A stretch of DNA of 64,000 nucleotides from Candidatus Poribacteria bacterium (lineage in GTDB: Bacteria; Poribacteria; WGA-4E; WGA-3G). Positions 47,868-58,431 of the stretch are shown here, piece after piece; positions within the stretch are counted from its first letter, which is position 1, and each line of letters begins with the position of its first letter. The notes under the pieces were generated by a model that was not told the origin of the DNA, ran no database searches, and saw only the letters and a program-made list of their open reading frames with translations. The stretch is taken from contig OZ244048.1 in the NCBI GenBank assembly GCA_965215265.1, positions 2,912,001 to 2,976,000 on the forward strand, given 5' to 3'. Both the position numbers and the translations under genes were made by a program.

Positions 47868-48734
47868 CTATAAATCGCTAATTTCAACAGCGCGTGCGCG
47901 TTCAATATCGTCCTGATATTTGAAGATGCACCCGAGTGTCTCTGCGACAATCTCGGCATCTAATTGTTCCTTACCGAGCGCAATGAGAGCCAATCCCCAG
48001 TCCAATGTTTCTGCGACACCCGGTTTTTTGTAGTAATCTCCTTGCCGCCAGTGTTGCATCATCTGACACAGCCGCGCCGCCAGTTGTGCATTAATCTGCG
48101 GAAGTTTGGCTTGAACGATGGACAACTCCTTCGCTACGCTCGGATAATCGATCCACTGATAGAGGCATCGTCGTTTAAGTGCTTCGTGTACCTCCCGGGT
48201 TCTATTGGAAGTCAGCACGACGTACGGAATATGCTTCGCGCGGATAGTACCGATTTCTGGGATGGTAATTTGGAAATCTGATAAGATTTCAAGCAGAAAT
48301 GCCTCAAATTCGCTATCGCTTCTATCCACTTCGTCGATAAGCAGCACTGGTGGGGCATCGCCATCGCTTTGGATGGCTTCAAGTAGGGGCCGCTTGAGTA
48401 AGAAAGCCTCACTGAAGAGATCTGTACCCAGCTCTTCCTTGTTGCGCCCACGTGCTTCATCAATCCGGAGCTGCAAAATTTGCCGCGTGTAGTTCCATTC
48501 GTATAAGGCACTGTTTGCATCTAAGCCTTCATAGCACTGTAGGCGGATGAGTTTCGTACCAGTGGCATCTGCGAGCACTTTGGCGACTTCTGTTTTCCCG
48601 ACACCGGGTTCACCTTCAAGAAAGATCGGTTTTTTGAGGTGGTGCGCGAGGTAGAGGGTAGTCGCTAAGCCTTTATCGGCAATATAAGCATATTTCTCAC
48701 ACACAGTCTGGACGTTTTCAATAGATTTAAACAT
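47868..48734 (-). CDS. MoxR/CoxD-family AAA ATPase
   Basis: GEPGVGKT, RLQCYEGLD, LLIDEVD, ALKRRC. Confidence 0.92.
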   Translation of the reverse strand: MFKSIENVQTVCEKYAYIADKGLATTLYLAHHLKKPIFLEGEPGVGKTEVAKVLADATGTKLIRLQCYEGLDANSALYEWNYTRQILQLRIDEARGRNKEELGTDLFSEAFLLKRPLLEAIQSDGDAPPVLLIDEVDRSDSEFEAFLLEILSDFQITIPEIGTIRAKHIPYVVLTSNRTREVHEALKRRCLYQWIDYPSVAKELSIVQAKLPQINAQLAARLCQMMQHWRQGDYYKKPGVAETLDWGLALIALGKEQLDAEIVAETLGCIFKYQDDIERARAVEISDL

Positions 48735-48741
48735 ACGCTGG

Positions 48742-49362
48742 TTATCTGTTTTCCTGAATAGCCCGTTCGTAATCTGCGCGGTAATCAATGTCCTGCAATA
48801 CCTTATCAGTGTCTACGATGACGTAGTGAATATCGGTGGCATACTGTTTGAAAAGCGTTCGGACACCGCCGCTTTCTGGTTCAAGGGCGAGAATTTCGTT
48901 TGCATACTGGCGTTGAAAGATAACCGGATGTCCACGCCGGTAGTTATAACTGGGCAAGGCAATGCGTTTTGCTGTCTGACTGTAGGCATCTATGACACTA
49001 TCAATGAGCTCTGCTGTAATAAACGGCTGATCGACTAGCATGAGCGCGAAGGCATCAGTTGTTTCAGTAAGAGAGCGAACGCCTGCTTGCGCGGAGGTTA
49101 ACATTCCTTCACGGTAATTCGGGTTAAAAACGGTTTTAATCGATCGCATGCCAAGTTTCTGTTGAACTTTCTCGGCTTGATGTCCAATAACGACAATCAC
49201 CTCATCCAGTTTTGAGTTGAGCATACTGTCAACCACTGTTTCGATGATGGTGCTTTCGCCAAACGGGAGTAACTGCTTTGGAGAACCCATCCGCGTTGAG
49301 AGCCCTGCAGCGAGCAGAATGCCCGAAATAATAGTTTTTGAAGTCCGCGCCATGTGCATCAC
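48742..49362 (-). CDS. Molybdenum cofactor cytidylyltransferase-like NTP transferase
   Basis: LAAGLSTRMG, DQP, GHPV, DID. Confidence 0.88.
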   Translation of the reverse strand: MMHMARTSKTIISGILLAAGLSTRMGSPKQLLPFGESTIIETVVDSMLNSKLDEVIVVIGHQAEKVQQKLGMRSIKTVFNPNYREGMLTSAQAGVRSLTETTDAFALMLVDQPFITAELIDSVIDAYSQTAKRIALPSYNYRRGHPVIFQRQYANEILALEPESGGVRTLFKQYATDIHYVIVDTDKVLQDIDYRADYERAIQENR

Positions 49363-49964
49363 GCCTTTTGCTCTACCATACTTGCAAGAATAGCGAGGAT
49401 TTTATCGCACCGCTCAATAGTGTAAGTTGCCATATCAATGTGTAGATTCCTATCCACTAATTTGAGGAACAACCAATCAATCCCTGTCGTGACAGCACCA
49501 TAAACGTAAGGGATGTCATTCTGTTGTTCAGTATTAAAACGTTGCGCGGCAAGCATCTCGGCAACACATTGTCCCAGGCCAAGTTTAACGTCAGCATTTT
49601 TTGCCTCCACAAGGAGGATGACAGGTGCCTCCAAATAAAATTGGTTTGGCGACAGGCTTATCAGAAAATCGCACACACCAACCAAGCCGTTTTCAGCATC
49701 AACGCTAAACTCAATTCCTGAAAAGAGGCTAATCCGCCGATTAAAGTGCACGCGAAGTTCAAACAGAATTTCGGAAACAATTAATTCCGAACGGGCTTTT
49801 TCTGTCCCTATAGCAACGGCTAGCGGTGCCTTTTCTGTTAATACCGTAGTAAGACGTGGATTCAGAACAACTGGCTCAACTTCTGAAAAGGTGCCTATTG
49901 ACTGCACCGTTTCTAGTTGAAACGTCTTCCTGACTGCATCCAAGGTCCAATTGCTATAAGCCAT
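49359..49964 (-). CDS. Conserved hypothetical protein, restriction-endonuclease-like fold
   Basis: MAYSNWTL, EKARSE, CDF...VEAK, GAVTTG. Confidence 0.75.
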   Translation of the reverse strand: MAYSNWTLDAVRKTFQLETVQSIGTFSEVEPVVLNPRLTTVLTEKAPLAVAIGTEKARSELIVSEILFELRVHFNRRISLFSGIEFSVDAENGLVGVCDFLISLSPNQFYLEAPVILLVEAKNADVKLGLGQCVAEMLAAQRFNTEQQNDIPYVYGAVTTGIDWLFLKLVDRNLHIDMATYTIERCDKILAILASMVEQKA

Positions 49965-50041
49965 GTGCGGTACCCCGGTTTGAGGAGTCGTTCCTAACGA
50001 AGCCGTACCCAGTTTCCGCAGAGTGTGCGGAAATTGCGTGA

Positions 50042-51067
50042 CTACTCTTTTCTAAATCGGATTTCAAAGGTTTCATATTCCCCGGTGAAAGGTCGCTCAT
50101 CAATATTGAGTGCGTCAACGTGCGCGAAACGCGGTCCCTGCTTTAACAATTTCACGAGTGCATCTAGCTGCGTTTTATCGGCCTCTGCGACAACTTCGAC
50201 TTTACCGTTTGATAAGTTCATCGCGTAGCCGTTCACGCCGAGCTGTTTTGCGTTTCGCTGCGTAAAATTACGGAAGCCGACTCCTTGCACCTTGCCACTG
50301 ATGAGAATGTAATACTGCATCTTTTGGACGATATCAAAGGTCACTGTCACAGGCGTTCCTAACGGTGGTAACAGTTCCTCATTCTTTTTATAGATATTTT
50401 CCTCTGAAGATTCCGGTAGCGGGTTTTGGAAAAGTGCGCCGCCATCAAAACGTCTCAGAGCGACAATATCATTGCTCATGAACGCCTGCGGTAACATTGC
50501 ATCCTCATCTTCGCTGTCCAAGTCTGGAATGATGCGTGAGCCGGAGTAAACCCAAGCGACATGTTTCATCGTTTTTTGGGTTTTGACGTTACGGACTAGG
50601 TCTTCCGCGCGAACCTTCTGCGTTTTATCGCCAACGGTCCATTCAACGGAGATGACAACTCCAGGTCCTTTCGCGTCTGTCGGTTCATCTGTTTCTACGT
50701 CGTAGCCGGGTGGACTTCCATGTTTAACCCCGAGTGCACCTAATGCATCGTGCAGGTGCTTCGCGGTTGCCTCTACAACGATAATGCTTTCGTATTCCTT
50801 GCCCTCACGTCCGCAGATGAGATATTCAACTGCCCCTTGTAAATGTTCATCGTATTCACCAAGTGCCTTGGAAATTTCTCCCTTTAAGACGATTTGCTTC
50901 GCTTCTTCGATAACTTTGAGATGGCTATCTGTCCAACCGATATTATGCATCACGAGCAGACATAAACCGGTGCCAAAAATTACCGCCGTTGTCTTGCCCT
51001 GGCGCGATATTTGCAACCACGTTTTTGATTTAACGAGCTGTAGAACGTTCATACAGAAAGATTTCAT
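50042..51067 (-). CDS. YdjY-like domain fused to acylphosphatase
   Basis: EYL...KEYES...WVYSGS N-domain; ISGKVQGVGFR...NLSNGKVEV C-domain. Confidence 0.8.
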   Translation of the reverse strand: MKSFCMNVLQLVKSKTWLQISRQGKTTAVIFGTGLCLLVMHNIGWTDSHLKVIEEAKQIVLKGEISKALGEYDEHLQGAVEYLICGREGKEYESIIVVEATAKHLHDALGALGVKHGSPPGYDVETDEPTDAKGPGVVISVEWTVGDKTQKVRAEDLVRNVKTQKTMKHVAWVYSGSRIIPDLDSEDEDAMLPQAFMSNDIVALRRFDGGALFQNPLPESSEENIYKKNEELLPPLGTPVTVTFDIVQKMQYYILISGKVQGVGFRNFTQRNAKQLGVNGYAMNLSNGKVEVVAEADKTQLDALVKLLKQGPRFAHVDALNIDERPFTGEYETFEIRFRKE

Positions 51068-51098
51068 AAATGTGCTCCTTTTTTATCAAATCAGTCTA

Positions 51099-51887
51099 CT
51101 AAAAAGTATAGCGTACTCCATTAAAGATTTCCATATCATATTTTTGAATGCCGCTTGGTGGTTCATTATCGTATCGGAAATTCAACCGCAATGGAACCGC
51201 TAATTTCGTTGTGAGGCGGATTGTAATGTTCCCTTGAAAAAGGATGCGATAATCTGCAGCGCTGTTGATGCGGACCTGATAATAGCCTGTCGCTGTCGTA
51301 GCAATACGCTCATCTAATTGTCCTGTCCAATTGATGTAGTTGGTTGAGCGAACAATATGCGTTGTAATTTCGCCTGCATCTGCATCGTTAATTCTTTCGT
51401 GTTCCCACATTGCCCCCATACCGAGATAAACATTAAACTTGTATTTACCGGTTGTAGCAGGTCTTTTCGGGCGGAGGCTAAAACGGAGCCCGCCACCAGT
51501 TAAATTCCGATCGTTGAGGAGAATGGATTCGTTGAACTGTTTTTGGCTAAATGACTCAATGAGGAAGTGCGATGTGAGATTTCGGATAATTCGTCCGTGT
51601 ACCATGCCTTTGTTGGTAAAAAACGTGCCGCTTTTTCTTCCTTGCTGCAAACTCCCCAGAACAAATCCGTGATATGTTTTCGCCAAATAATCTGATCGAA
51701 ACTGTGTTCGCAAGGTAAGCAGCTCAGTGTTGCCGCCGCGATAAGTCAAATCGAGGGCGATACTATTGTACCAACCGGGCTTTAATTGCATCTGACTCAT
51801 AGTTTCGACTGTAAAAATGTTCACCTGTGCTGAAATTGGCAGTGTGGAAGCGAATAGGAATATAAAACAGATACGGACATAATTCAT
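51099..51887 (-). CDS. DUF481-like outer-membrane beta-barrel protein
   Basis: Signal peptide, GNTE, alternating beta pattern, C-terminal RYTF. Confidence 0.75.
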   Translation of the reverse strand: MNYVRICFIFLFASTLPISAQVNIFTVETMSQMQLKPGWYNSIALDLTYRGGNTELLTLRTQFRSDYLAKTYHGFVLGSLQQGRKSGTFFTNKGMVHGRIIRNLTSHFLIESFSQKQFNESILLNDRNLTGGGLRFSLRPKRPATTGKYKFNVYLGMGAMWEHERINDADAGEITTHIVRSTNYINWTGQLDERIATTATGYYQVRINSAADYRILFQGNITIRLTTKLAVPLRLNFRYDNEPPSGIQKYDMEIFNGVRYTF

Positions 51888-51939
51888 TGGACAAAACCTC
51901 TGTCTGCAGGATAAAATAATTGCAATCTGGAGGAGAACG

Positions 51940-52917
51940 ATGCAACGAATTTTTATAGACACTGATCCCGGCATAGACGACGCACTGGCAATTTTACTCG
52001 CAATGAAATCGCCAGAACTGCACGTAGAGGCTATCACGAGTGTCTGCGGCAACGTGCCTATTGAGAAAGCGACACAGAACCTCTTGACAATCTTAGGTGT
52101 GCTTGATTTGCCCGAACACCCTATTATTGCCATAGGAGAAGCACAGCCCCTTGTAAAACCTCTCGTCACAGCCTCACACCTGCACGGAGAAGATGGATTG
52201 GGCAATATCAGTCACCTGCGAAATGCTGATAAGACACCGCGTTATCCGATAGCAAACACTGAAGTTGCATCCATATCAGGAGTCGAGTTGATTATTGAGC
52301 AGGTAACGCAATATCCCGATGAACTCCTCTTGGTTGCTTTGGGACCGCTCACGAACGTTGCGAAGGCTATAAAAAAAGCACCAGCCCGTATGCGTAAACT
52401 TCGCGAAATTGTGTTAATGGGGGGTGCTTTTGAGGAATATGGTAACATTACAACGACTGCTGAATTCAATATGTTCGTTGATCCGCACGCTGCACAAGTC
52501 GTCCTTGATTCTGGCCTCCCTATTCGGATTGTCCCTCTGGATGCAACACATCAGGTTGCATTAACGCGCGGACGGCTTCAGGCAGAAACCGATATACAGC
52601 AAAATACTATTGCTCATTTTGTCATAGAAGTGACGCAAGCCTGCATGGAACTTTACCAACAACACGTTGGGTTTTCCGGGTTCTATCTTCACGATCCGCT
52701 GCCTATTGGCATGCTCACACATCCATCCTATTTTCAGTCCGTTGCTGCATACGTGCAAGTTGAAACGGCAGGTACTTTAACGAACGGCATGACGGTCGCA
52801 GACTTGCGCGAAGGGCATCAACCTCAGTATCCAAACGCTCGCGTTTGTGTAAAGGTTGAAGCAGAGAAATTTCTACGCTACTTTTTTGAACGGCTCTTCT
52901 CGCCTATTTCCGCTTAG
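51940..52917 (+). CDS. Inosine/uridine-preferring nucleoside hydrolase
   Basis: DTDPGIDD, HGEDGLG, LGPLTN, AEFN, LHDP. Confidence 0.95.
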   Translation: MQRIFIDTDPGIDDALAILLAMKSPELHVEAITSVCGNVPIEKATQNLLTILGVLDLPEHPIIAIGEAQPLVKPLVTASHLHGEDGLGNISHLRNADKTPRYPIANTEVASISGVELIIEQVTQYPDELLLVALGPLTNVAKAIKKAPARMRKLREIVLMGGAFEEYGNITTTAEFNMFVDPHAAQVVLDSGLPIRIVPLDATHQVALTRGRLQAETDIQQNTIAHFVIEVTQACMELYQQHVGFSGFYLHDPLPIGMLTHPSYFQSVAAYVQVETAGTLTNGMTVADLREGHQPQYPNARVCVKVEAEKFLRYFFERLFSPISA

Positions 52918-53546
52918 AACAAATTGAGCCCGCCGAGCGGGTGATTTGGAATATAGCGAAGGTCGTTGTAAGGGTCCTCCCGTAGCATCATCGGGATCTC
53001 CAATTCGGGCATTTTCAGTTTTGTTAATTTCGTGCGTTGCTCTGCTGTCAAACCAGCTGCGATTTCCCCAATTAATTGTTTGATTTCTCTGAGGAACATA
53101 TCGCGCTGTCTCAAGAATTTGCGTGCTTCATTCCGGAATGCATTGAGTTCCCGCCGGCTTCGCATATTAGGGAACCCGCCCTGATACCTGTCAAATTGAC
53201 GTTGCGTTAAGCCTGCACGAAACACCTGATAATCCACTTCTAACTGTTTCTTTTCAAAATTGTAATCTACAACAATGTCACGGATGAGTTGCAATTTCGG
53301 TTGAATTATCTGCTTCTGCTGTTCAGTGAGTTTCAGTACGGCAGCACTTTTCGGGACATCGATTAGTTTAAGCCCACCACAGGATAGCTGCAAAAAACAG
53401 CAGGGGAGCAAGACAACCAAAATGGTAGAAACATCTTTGGTGAGATAGGCACAACAAAGTTCACAGTAAGCGTGCCATAAGTGCCTTCCAACGCATTTCC
53501 TGAACGTTTTCATCGACGAAAAAATGAATATCGTTTTATTTTCCAT
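52914..53546 (-). CDS. Hypothetical helical (lipo)protein
   Basis: LSC lipobox-like, LKLTEQQ/LTAEQR Spy/CpxP-like motifs; start uncertain. Confidence 0.55.
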   Translation of the reverse strand: MENKTIFIFSSMKTFRKCVGRHLWHAYCELCCAYLTKDVSTILVVLLPCCFLQLSCGGLKLIDVPKSAAVLKLTEQQKQIIQPKLQLIRDIVVDYNFEKKQLEVDYQVFRAGLTQRQFDRYQGGFPNMRSRRELNAFRNEARKFLRQRDMFLREIKQLIGEIAAGLTAEQRTKLTKLKMPELEIPMMLREDPYNDLRYIPNHPLGGLNLF

Positions 53547-53598
53547 GATAAATTCTTTCGCTGTAGTAGGCCCGAGGATTAAGTTTGCCTCATCCTTG

Positions 53599-55125
53599 TT
53601 AGACGTCCTCATCACAACCGCCCAAGTCATACAGCTCCCCATATTTTGTCCGGAGATATGCCAAATAAGGGGCGATAGACAAGGAAGTTCCAGTTGCACG
53701 TTCAATGAGTTCCGGTGCTGTGTATTTCGATCCGTGCTGATAAAGGTTCTCTTTTAGCCAACCGTGCAGAGTGTGGAACTGGCCTTTCCGAATTTGATCG
53801 TGAATTTCAGGATGTGCTTCAAGGGCGGTTGCGAAAAATTGTGCCCCTAATATATTGCCCAGCGTGTAGCCTTGAAATGAACCGCCGATGAGCCCAAAGT
53901 ACCAATGCACATCTTGCAAGACACCGTCCTTGTCATCTGGCGGTACGAGTCCAAAGTCTGCTTCGAACCGTTCTGTCCATGCTTTCGGTAGTTCACGAAT
54001 TTCAAGGGTTCCCTCAAGCAGTGCCAATTCAAAATCAAAACGCAGCATGACGTGCAGATTGTAGGTAACCTCATCAGCCTCTGTGCGTATGAGTGAGCGT
54101 TCTACCTTGTTAATTGCGCGGTAAAACTGTTCGAGCGTGACAGCGTTAAGTTGCTCAGGAAAGGTGCTTTGAAGTTTGGGATAGAAGCACTCCCAGAATC
54201 CTTGACTTCGTCCGACGATATTTTCCCATAGGCGCGATTGGCTTTCATGAACACCAGAAGAGGTCCCGCTAGCGAGTGGCGTGCCTTCCAGTTCCATACG
54301 GATGCCTTGTTCATAAAGGGCGTGTCCGGTTTCGTGCAGCGTGCAGAATATCGCATCGCTGAGTTCATCGTCTTTTGAACGGGTGGTAATTCTTACGTCA
54401 CCCAGTGAGAATTTAGTCATGAACGGGTGGTGCGTCTTATCCATCCGTCCACGATTCAGATCGTAACCGAACTGCCGGGCGATATCCATGCCAAATGCGA
54501 GTTGTTTTTCCTCTGAAAAATTTCCGTGTAAACATGCATCGTCGGCAGGCGATTGCGCAGTAATTGCTTTAGCAATGGGGACGAGCGCGCTGCGAAGTTC
54601 CGAGAAAACACGGCTGACATCGCTCGCCTTCATACCGTAGTCACTGCGTTCAATTAGCGGGTCGGCAATGTGTTCGTAATCGGAGAAAAAATTAGCGGCT
54701 TGACGGCTATAGTCCAGCGTTTTTTCTAAATAGGGACGCACCCGCTCAAAATCGTTCGCTGGACGTGCCTCGGTCCAGATTTGGTAAGAGGCGGAGGTAT
54801 GGTTTGTCACTTCTGCCATGAAATCCGCTGGTATTTTTATGGCGCGCTCATACTCCCGCCGCGTCACCCGAAGCAGACTTGCTTCGTCAGAATCATAATC
54901 AAGATTTTCTTGATACGGCACCAACGCATCAAGCAATTTCCCGATGCGAGCGTCTGTAAACTTTTCGTGTGCCAGTCGACTGAGCGTCGCCGTTTGGCGT
55001 GCTCGGGCTGCAGCACCCTCCGGTGGCATATAGGTTGACTGATCCCAATAGAGCAGTCCCGCGGCTGACGATAAATCATTTATCTCAATAAGACGGGTCT
55101 TGAGTTCCTGAAATTGTTCCTTCAA
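53599..55125 (-). CDS. Carboxypeptidase M32 (Taq-type)
   Basis: HPF, HETGHALYEQ, HESQSR, IRTEAD, QDVHW. Confidence 0.96.
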   Translation of the reverse strand: MKEQFQELKTRLIEINDLSSAAGLLYWDQSTYMPPEGAAARARQTATLSRLAHEKFTDARIGKLLDALVPYQENLDYDSDEASLLRVTRREYERAIKIPADFMAEVTNHTSASYQIWTEARPANDFERVRPYLEKTLDYSRQAANFFSDYEHIADPLIERSDYGMKASDVSRVFSELRSALVPIAKAITAQSPADDACLHGNFSEEKQLAFGMDIARQFGYDLNRGRMDKTHHPFMTKFSLGDVRITTRSKDDELSDAIFCTLHETGHALYEQGIRMELEGTPLASGTSSGVHESQSRLWENIVGRSQGFWECFYPKLQSTFPEQLNAVTLEQFYRAINKVERSLIRTEADEVTYNLHVMLRFDFELALLEGTLEIRELPKAWTERFEADFGLVPPDDKDGVLQDVHWYFGLIGGSFQGYTLGNILGAQFFATALEAHPEIHDQIRKGQFHTLHGWLKENLYQHGSKYTAPELIERATGTSLSIAPYLAYLRTKYGELYDLGGCDEDV

Positions 55126-55514
55126 AATTGGTTCTCCTTCGGGATGTGTAGTATATTGTATACGGATTGCCTTTTTATGTTGTTTCCTCAGGAATATTCA
55201 TGATTATAGCATAATTGCTTTTTTTAATCAACTCAAATTGAACAGCGGAGAGCCTCAGGTGAATTAACCGCAATCCCTATATAATAAATCTATTGGGGCT
55301 TTCATTCTTTGCTAAGATTTGGGATAATTAGGCCCGGTAGTTGCGGTTTGCAACCGCGCTGGAATAGAAAAAGAATGTGCAAAATCCAAACAATACAATA
55401 AATGACTTAAAACTAAATGCTTCCGCTGGTATAATAAAAAAAACTTGATTATTATTTTAAATCCATATATACTATATTGAGAACAAACTGTTAAAGTATA
55501 CACAAGGAACTGTC

Positions 55515-56387
55515 GTGCGAATTCAGAACGTAACAGATTTTAATCTGAAAGATACTCTGGAATCTGGACAATCGTTTCGATGGCACCGCGTTGAGAATTC
55601 CTACTACGGGGTTGTCGAAGGTCGGATACTCAAATTGAGCGCACTTTGTAGCGAGAGCCGGGGCAAGACTACGTTGTGTGTTGAAAGTTCTCGCGATGAG
55701 GATGAGGAGTTGTTAACAGAATCTGTTCGGCACTACCTTGATTTATCGCGAGATCTGCCCAGGCTGCTGACTTCTGTTGACGTTGATGTCTATATCCATC
55801 GCGCCATTGAGAAGTTTTGGGGAATGCGGATCCTAAACCAAGAACTATGGGAGACGATTGCATCATTCATTTTATCGCAGAACAACAATGTACCGCGCAT
55901 TCGAGGGATTATCCGCCGGCTTTCGGAACGTTTTGGCGAAAAATTGACACTCAACCGGTACGTTGATTATAGTTTTCCCACGGCTGCTGCATTCGCAACA
56001 GCAGAAGTAGACGAACTTTTGGCATGCGGGACCGGGTATCGAGCAAGTTACCTCAAAGATGCAGCCGCTGCAATCGTTAGCGAGCAACTCGTACTCACAA
56101 CGCTGAAACAATTGCCCTACCTTGAAGCCAAACACGCATTAATGCAACACAAAGGCATCGGTGAAAAAGTAGCGGACTGTATCTGCTTGTTTTCGCTTGG
56201 GCATCTTGAGGCACTGCCTATTGATGTGTGGGTGAAACGGATTTTTGAGACACTCTATCTCCGGCGGCAGGCTACGCATCGTGAGATACGTGAATTTGCA
56301 CAGAATCATTTTGGGGACGGTATCGGATACGCGCAGCAGTACCTTTTTCATTATGCTCATGAATATCCGAATTGGGCAGATGTTTAA
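55515..56387 (+). CDS. 8-oxoguanine DNA glycosylase (OGG1-type)
   Basis: TLESGQSFRW, SQNNNVPRI, GYRA, GIGEKVADC, PIDVW. Confidence 0.93.
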   Translation: MRIQNVTDFNLKDTLESGQSFRWHRVENSYYGVVEGRILKLSALCSESRGKTTLCVESSRDEDEELLTESVRHYLDLSRDLPRLLTSVDVDVYIHRAIEKFWGMRILNQELWETIASFILSQNNNVPRIRGIIRRLSERFGEKLTLNRYVDYSFPTAAAFATAEVDELLACGTGYRASYLKDAAAAIVSEQLVLTTLKQLPYLEAKHALMQHKGIGEKVADCICLFSLGHLEALPIDVWVKRIFETLYLRRQATHREIREFAQNHFGDGIGYAQQYLFHYAHEYPNWADV

Positions 56388-56455
56388 CGACCGAATTTCT
56401 GGGGATCAGTACATGCCACTGTGCACACCACTAAATGAATCCTCTGGGAGGTAAT

Positions 56456-56869
56456 ATGTCTGAGGCAACGAAGCTAAGTGTTGTAGCCCTTTTGGAAGAA
56501 CATGTTGAACTCGCCATTTCAACTGTTCAGGAATTACGTGCGAGAAAATTAGAACTTGAGGCTGAGATCGCTCGACTCAGCAGCGATTTGCTACAGCGGG
56601 ACGCACAAATTGAAGAACAAGAAACCCGATACAACGAACTGAGTAAAATTTACGAACGTGAGAAATTATCTGCGGAGAATGAACGCGCTGAAATCCGTCA
56701 GCGGCTTGAGGATTTGATGGCGGTCCTCGCCAACGTCAGTGAAACGCCGGAGGTTCATACAGAGTCAGAATCTACCGATGTCAGTGAAACCACAGAGGAT
56801 GCGCAAACTGATGAAACCGCAGAGGATGCGGAAGCTGAAATTGTTTTTACGGCGCAACGCACCGAATAG
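56456..56869 (+). CDS. Coiled-coil protein, ZapB-like
   Basis: RBS GGAGGT; LEEHVELAISTVQEL heptads; acidic tail. Confidence 0.55.
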   Translation: MSEATKLSVVALLEEHVELAISTVQELRARKLELEAEIARLSSDLLQRDAQIEEQETRYNELSKIYEREKLSAENERAEIRQRLEDLMAVLANVSETPEVHTESESTDVSETTEDAQTDETAEDAEAEIVFTAQRTE

Positions 56870-56994
56870 GATACTAATGCCTAACGGTTGTCGAACCATC
56901 GGAAACACGCAGCCGTTTGGAAAGAGGCCGGAGAGGTGAACACAGTACTCATCGCAGCATCAAGCATGATGGGATTGGGTTATATAGGAAACTT

Positions 56995-58209
56995 GTGCGT
57001 ATCTTAGTGCTTTCCCATTCCTATATTATGAAACCGTATCGACGGAAGTTCGCGCTCATCGCAGCACGGTCTGATGTTACACTCCGCGTTATCACACCGG
57101 AACGGTGGTATGAAAGTTTTCAAGAAATTATCTTTGAACCGGATATTGACACTGACTGTGAGGAATTTCCACGTCCAATCCGGTTTTCTGGTTACGGTAG
57201 CCGCTTTTACTACCGTGGTCGGTTGAAGCACCACTTCCGTGATTTTCAACCGCATATTATTCATCTTGAGGAGGAAGCTTGGAGTCTTAACGCCTTACAA
57301 ACGATTCGGCTGAGGCGAAAGTATTGCCCGAAGAGCGGCTTTATCTTCCGGACATCTCTCAGCATTCCTACAAAACAACGGTTTGGGGGGTTGCCGATAT
57401 GGATAGAACGGCGTGTGTTTCGAGAAACCGATGTGGCGTTACCGCTCAGCGTAAATGCTGGCAAAATTTTAAGCCAACGCGGTTACACCGGAAGGCAGAT
57501 GCCGTTTCCAAACGGTGTTGACACGCGCCACTTCTATAAGATGGATGCAAAGAAGCTCACGGAGTCCCTCGAACTGACAGGCTGTTTTGTGATTGGGTAC
57601 GTAGGCAGACTCCTGCACATGAAGGGAATTGATACGTTACTTCAAGCAGTAGCAGAGATTGAAGCAGTATCGGAAATCAGTCAGGGTACGTTTCCCAATG
57701 CTACAGATACGTCTCATTCTCCGCCATCACCAAAACAGGATATTGTCTATAAACTTCTAATTGTAGGGCAAGGCGAGGATAAACCGATATTACAAAAAGT
57801 TGCTGAAACCCTTGGAATCGCTGACCGGATTGTGTGGATTGATGCTGTTCCTCCGGAAGAAGTACCTGCCTATATCAATTGTATGGATACACTGGTTCTA
57901 CCGTCGCGAACAACACCCGGCTGGGTAGAATTTTTTGGGCGAGTGCTCATAGAGGGGATGGCATGCGAAGTACCAGTTATTGGTTCAGATTCCGGTGAAA
58001 TTCCGCACGTCATTGGAGATGCAGGTCTAATTTTTCCGGAAACTAACGCAACCGCTTTGGCTGCGTGCATCCACCGAATCGCATCCGATAAGACACTCCG
58101 GGCTCGTCTCGTTGAACGTGGCCTGGTACGGGTTAAAAATTTTACGTGGGAGACGATTGCGGACCGAACTTATAAGGTTTATCAAGAGTTATTTGAGCAG
58201 AAGTTTTAG
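56995..58209 (+). CDS. Glycosyltransferase family 4
   Basis: PNGVD, GYVGRL...KG, EFFGRVLIEGMA. Confidence 0.92.
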   Translation: MRILVLSHSYIMKPYRRKFALIAARSDVTLRVITPERWYESFQEIIFEPDIDTDCEEFPRPIRFSGYGSRFYYRGRLKHHFRDFQPHIIHLEEEAWSLNALQTIRLRRKYCPKSGFIFRTSLSIPTKQRFGGLPIWIERRVFRETDVALPLSVNAGKILSQRGYTGRQMPFPNGVDTRHFYKMDAKKLTESLELTGCFVIGYVGRLLHMKGIDTLLQAVAEIEAVSEISQGTFPNATDTSHSPPSPKQDIVYKLLIVGQGEDKPILQKVAETLGIADRIVWIDAVPPEEVPAYINCMDTLVLPSRTTPGWVEFFGRVLIEGMACEVPVIGSDSGEIPHVIGDAGLIFPETNATALAACIHRIASDKTLRARLVERGLVRVKNFTWETIADRTYKVYQELFEQKF

Positions 58210-58268
58210 GGTTGGGTATTTTGAAGTGGTGATTGATGAAAGTCGGCACACCGGATTCATAGGAAAGA

Positions 58269-58352
58269 TGCCCCCGACTGGACTCGAACCAGCATGCCAA
58301 TTAAGGCACAGGCCCTCAACCTGCCGTGTATACCAAATTCCACCACAGGGGC
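58269..58352 (-). tRNA. tRNA-Leu(GAG)
   Basis: GCCCCTG acceptor, D-loop GG, anticodon arm GCAGG-TTGAGGG-CCTGT, long variable arm, GGTTCGAGTCC; CCA not encoded. Confidence 0.95.
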
Positions 58353-58431
58353 AATCTAATATTAATTATACTCTATTTCCGTTGCAATGTCAAATCTTTT
58401 TTATAATTTTAAGAATTAAAACACGAAAAAT

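Noticed and set aside
55335-55360. Short palindrome gcggtttgcaaccgc, REP-like
   Set aside because: Single copy in the window; cannot establish a family.
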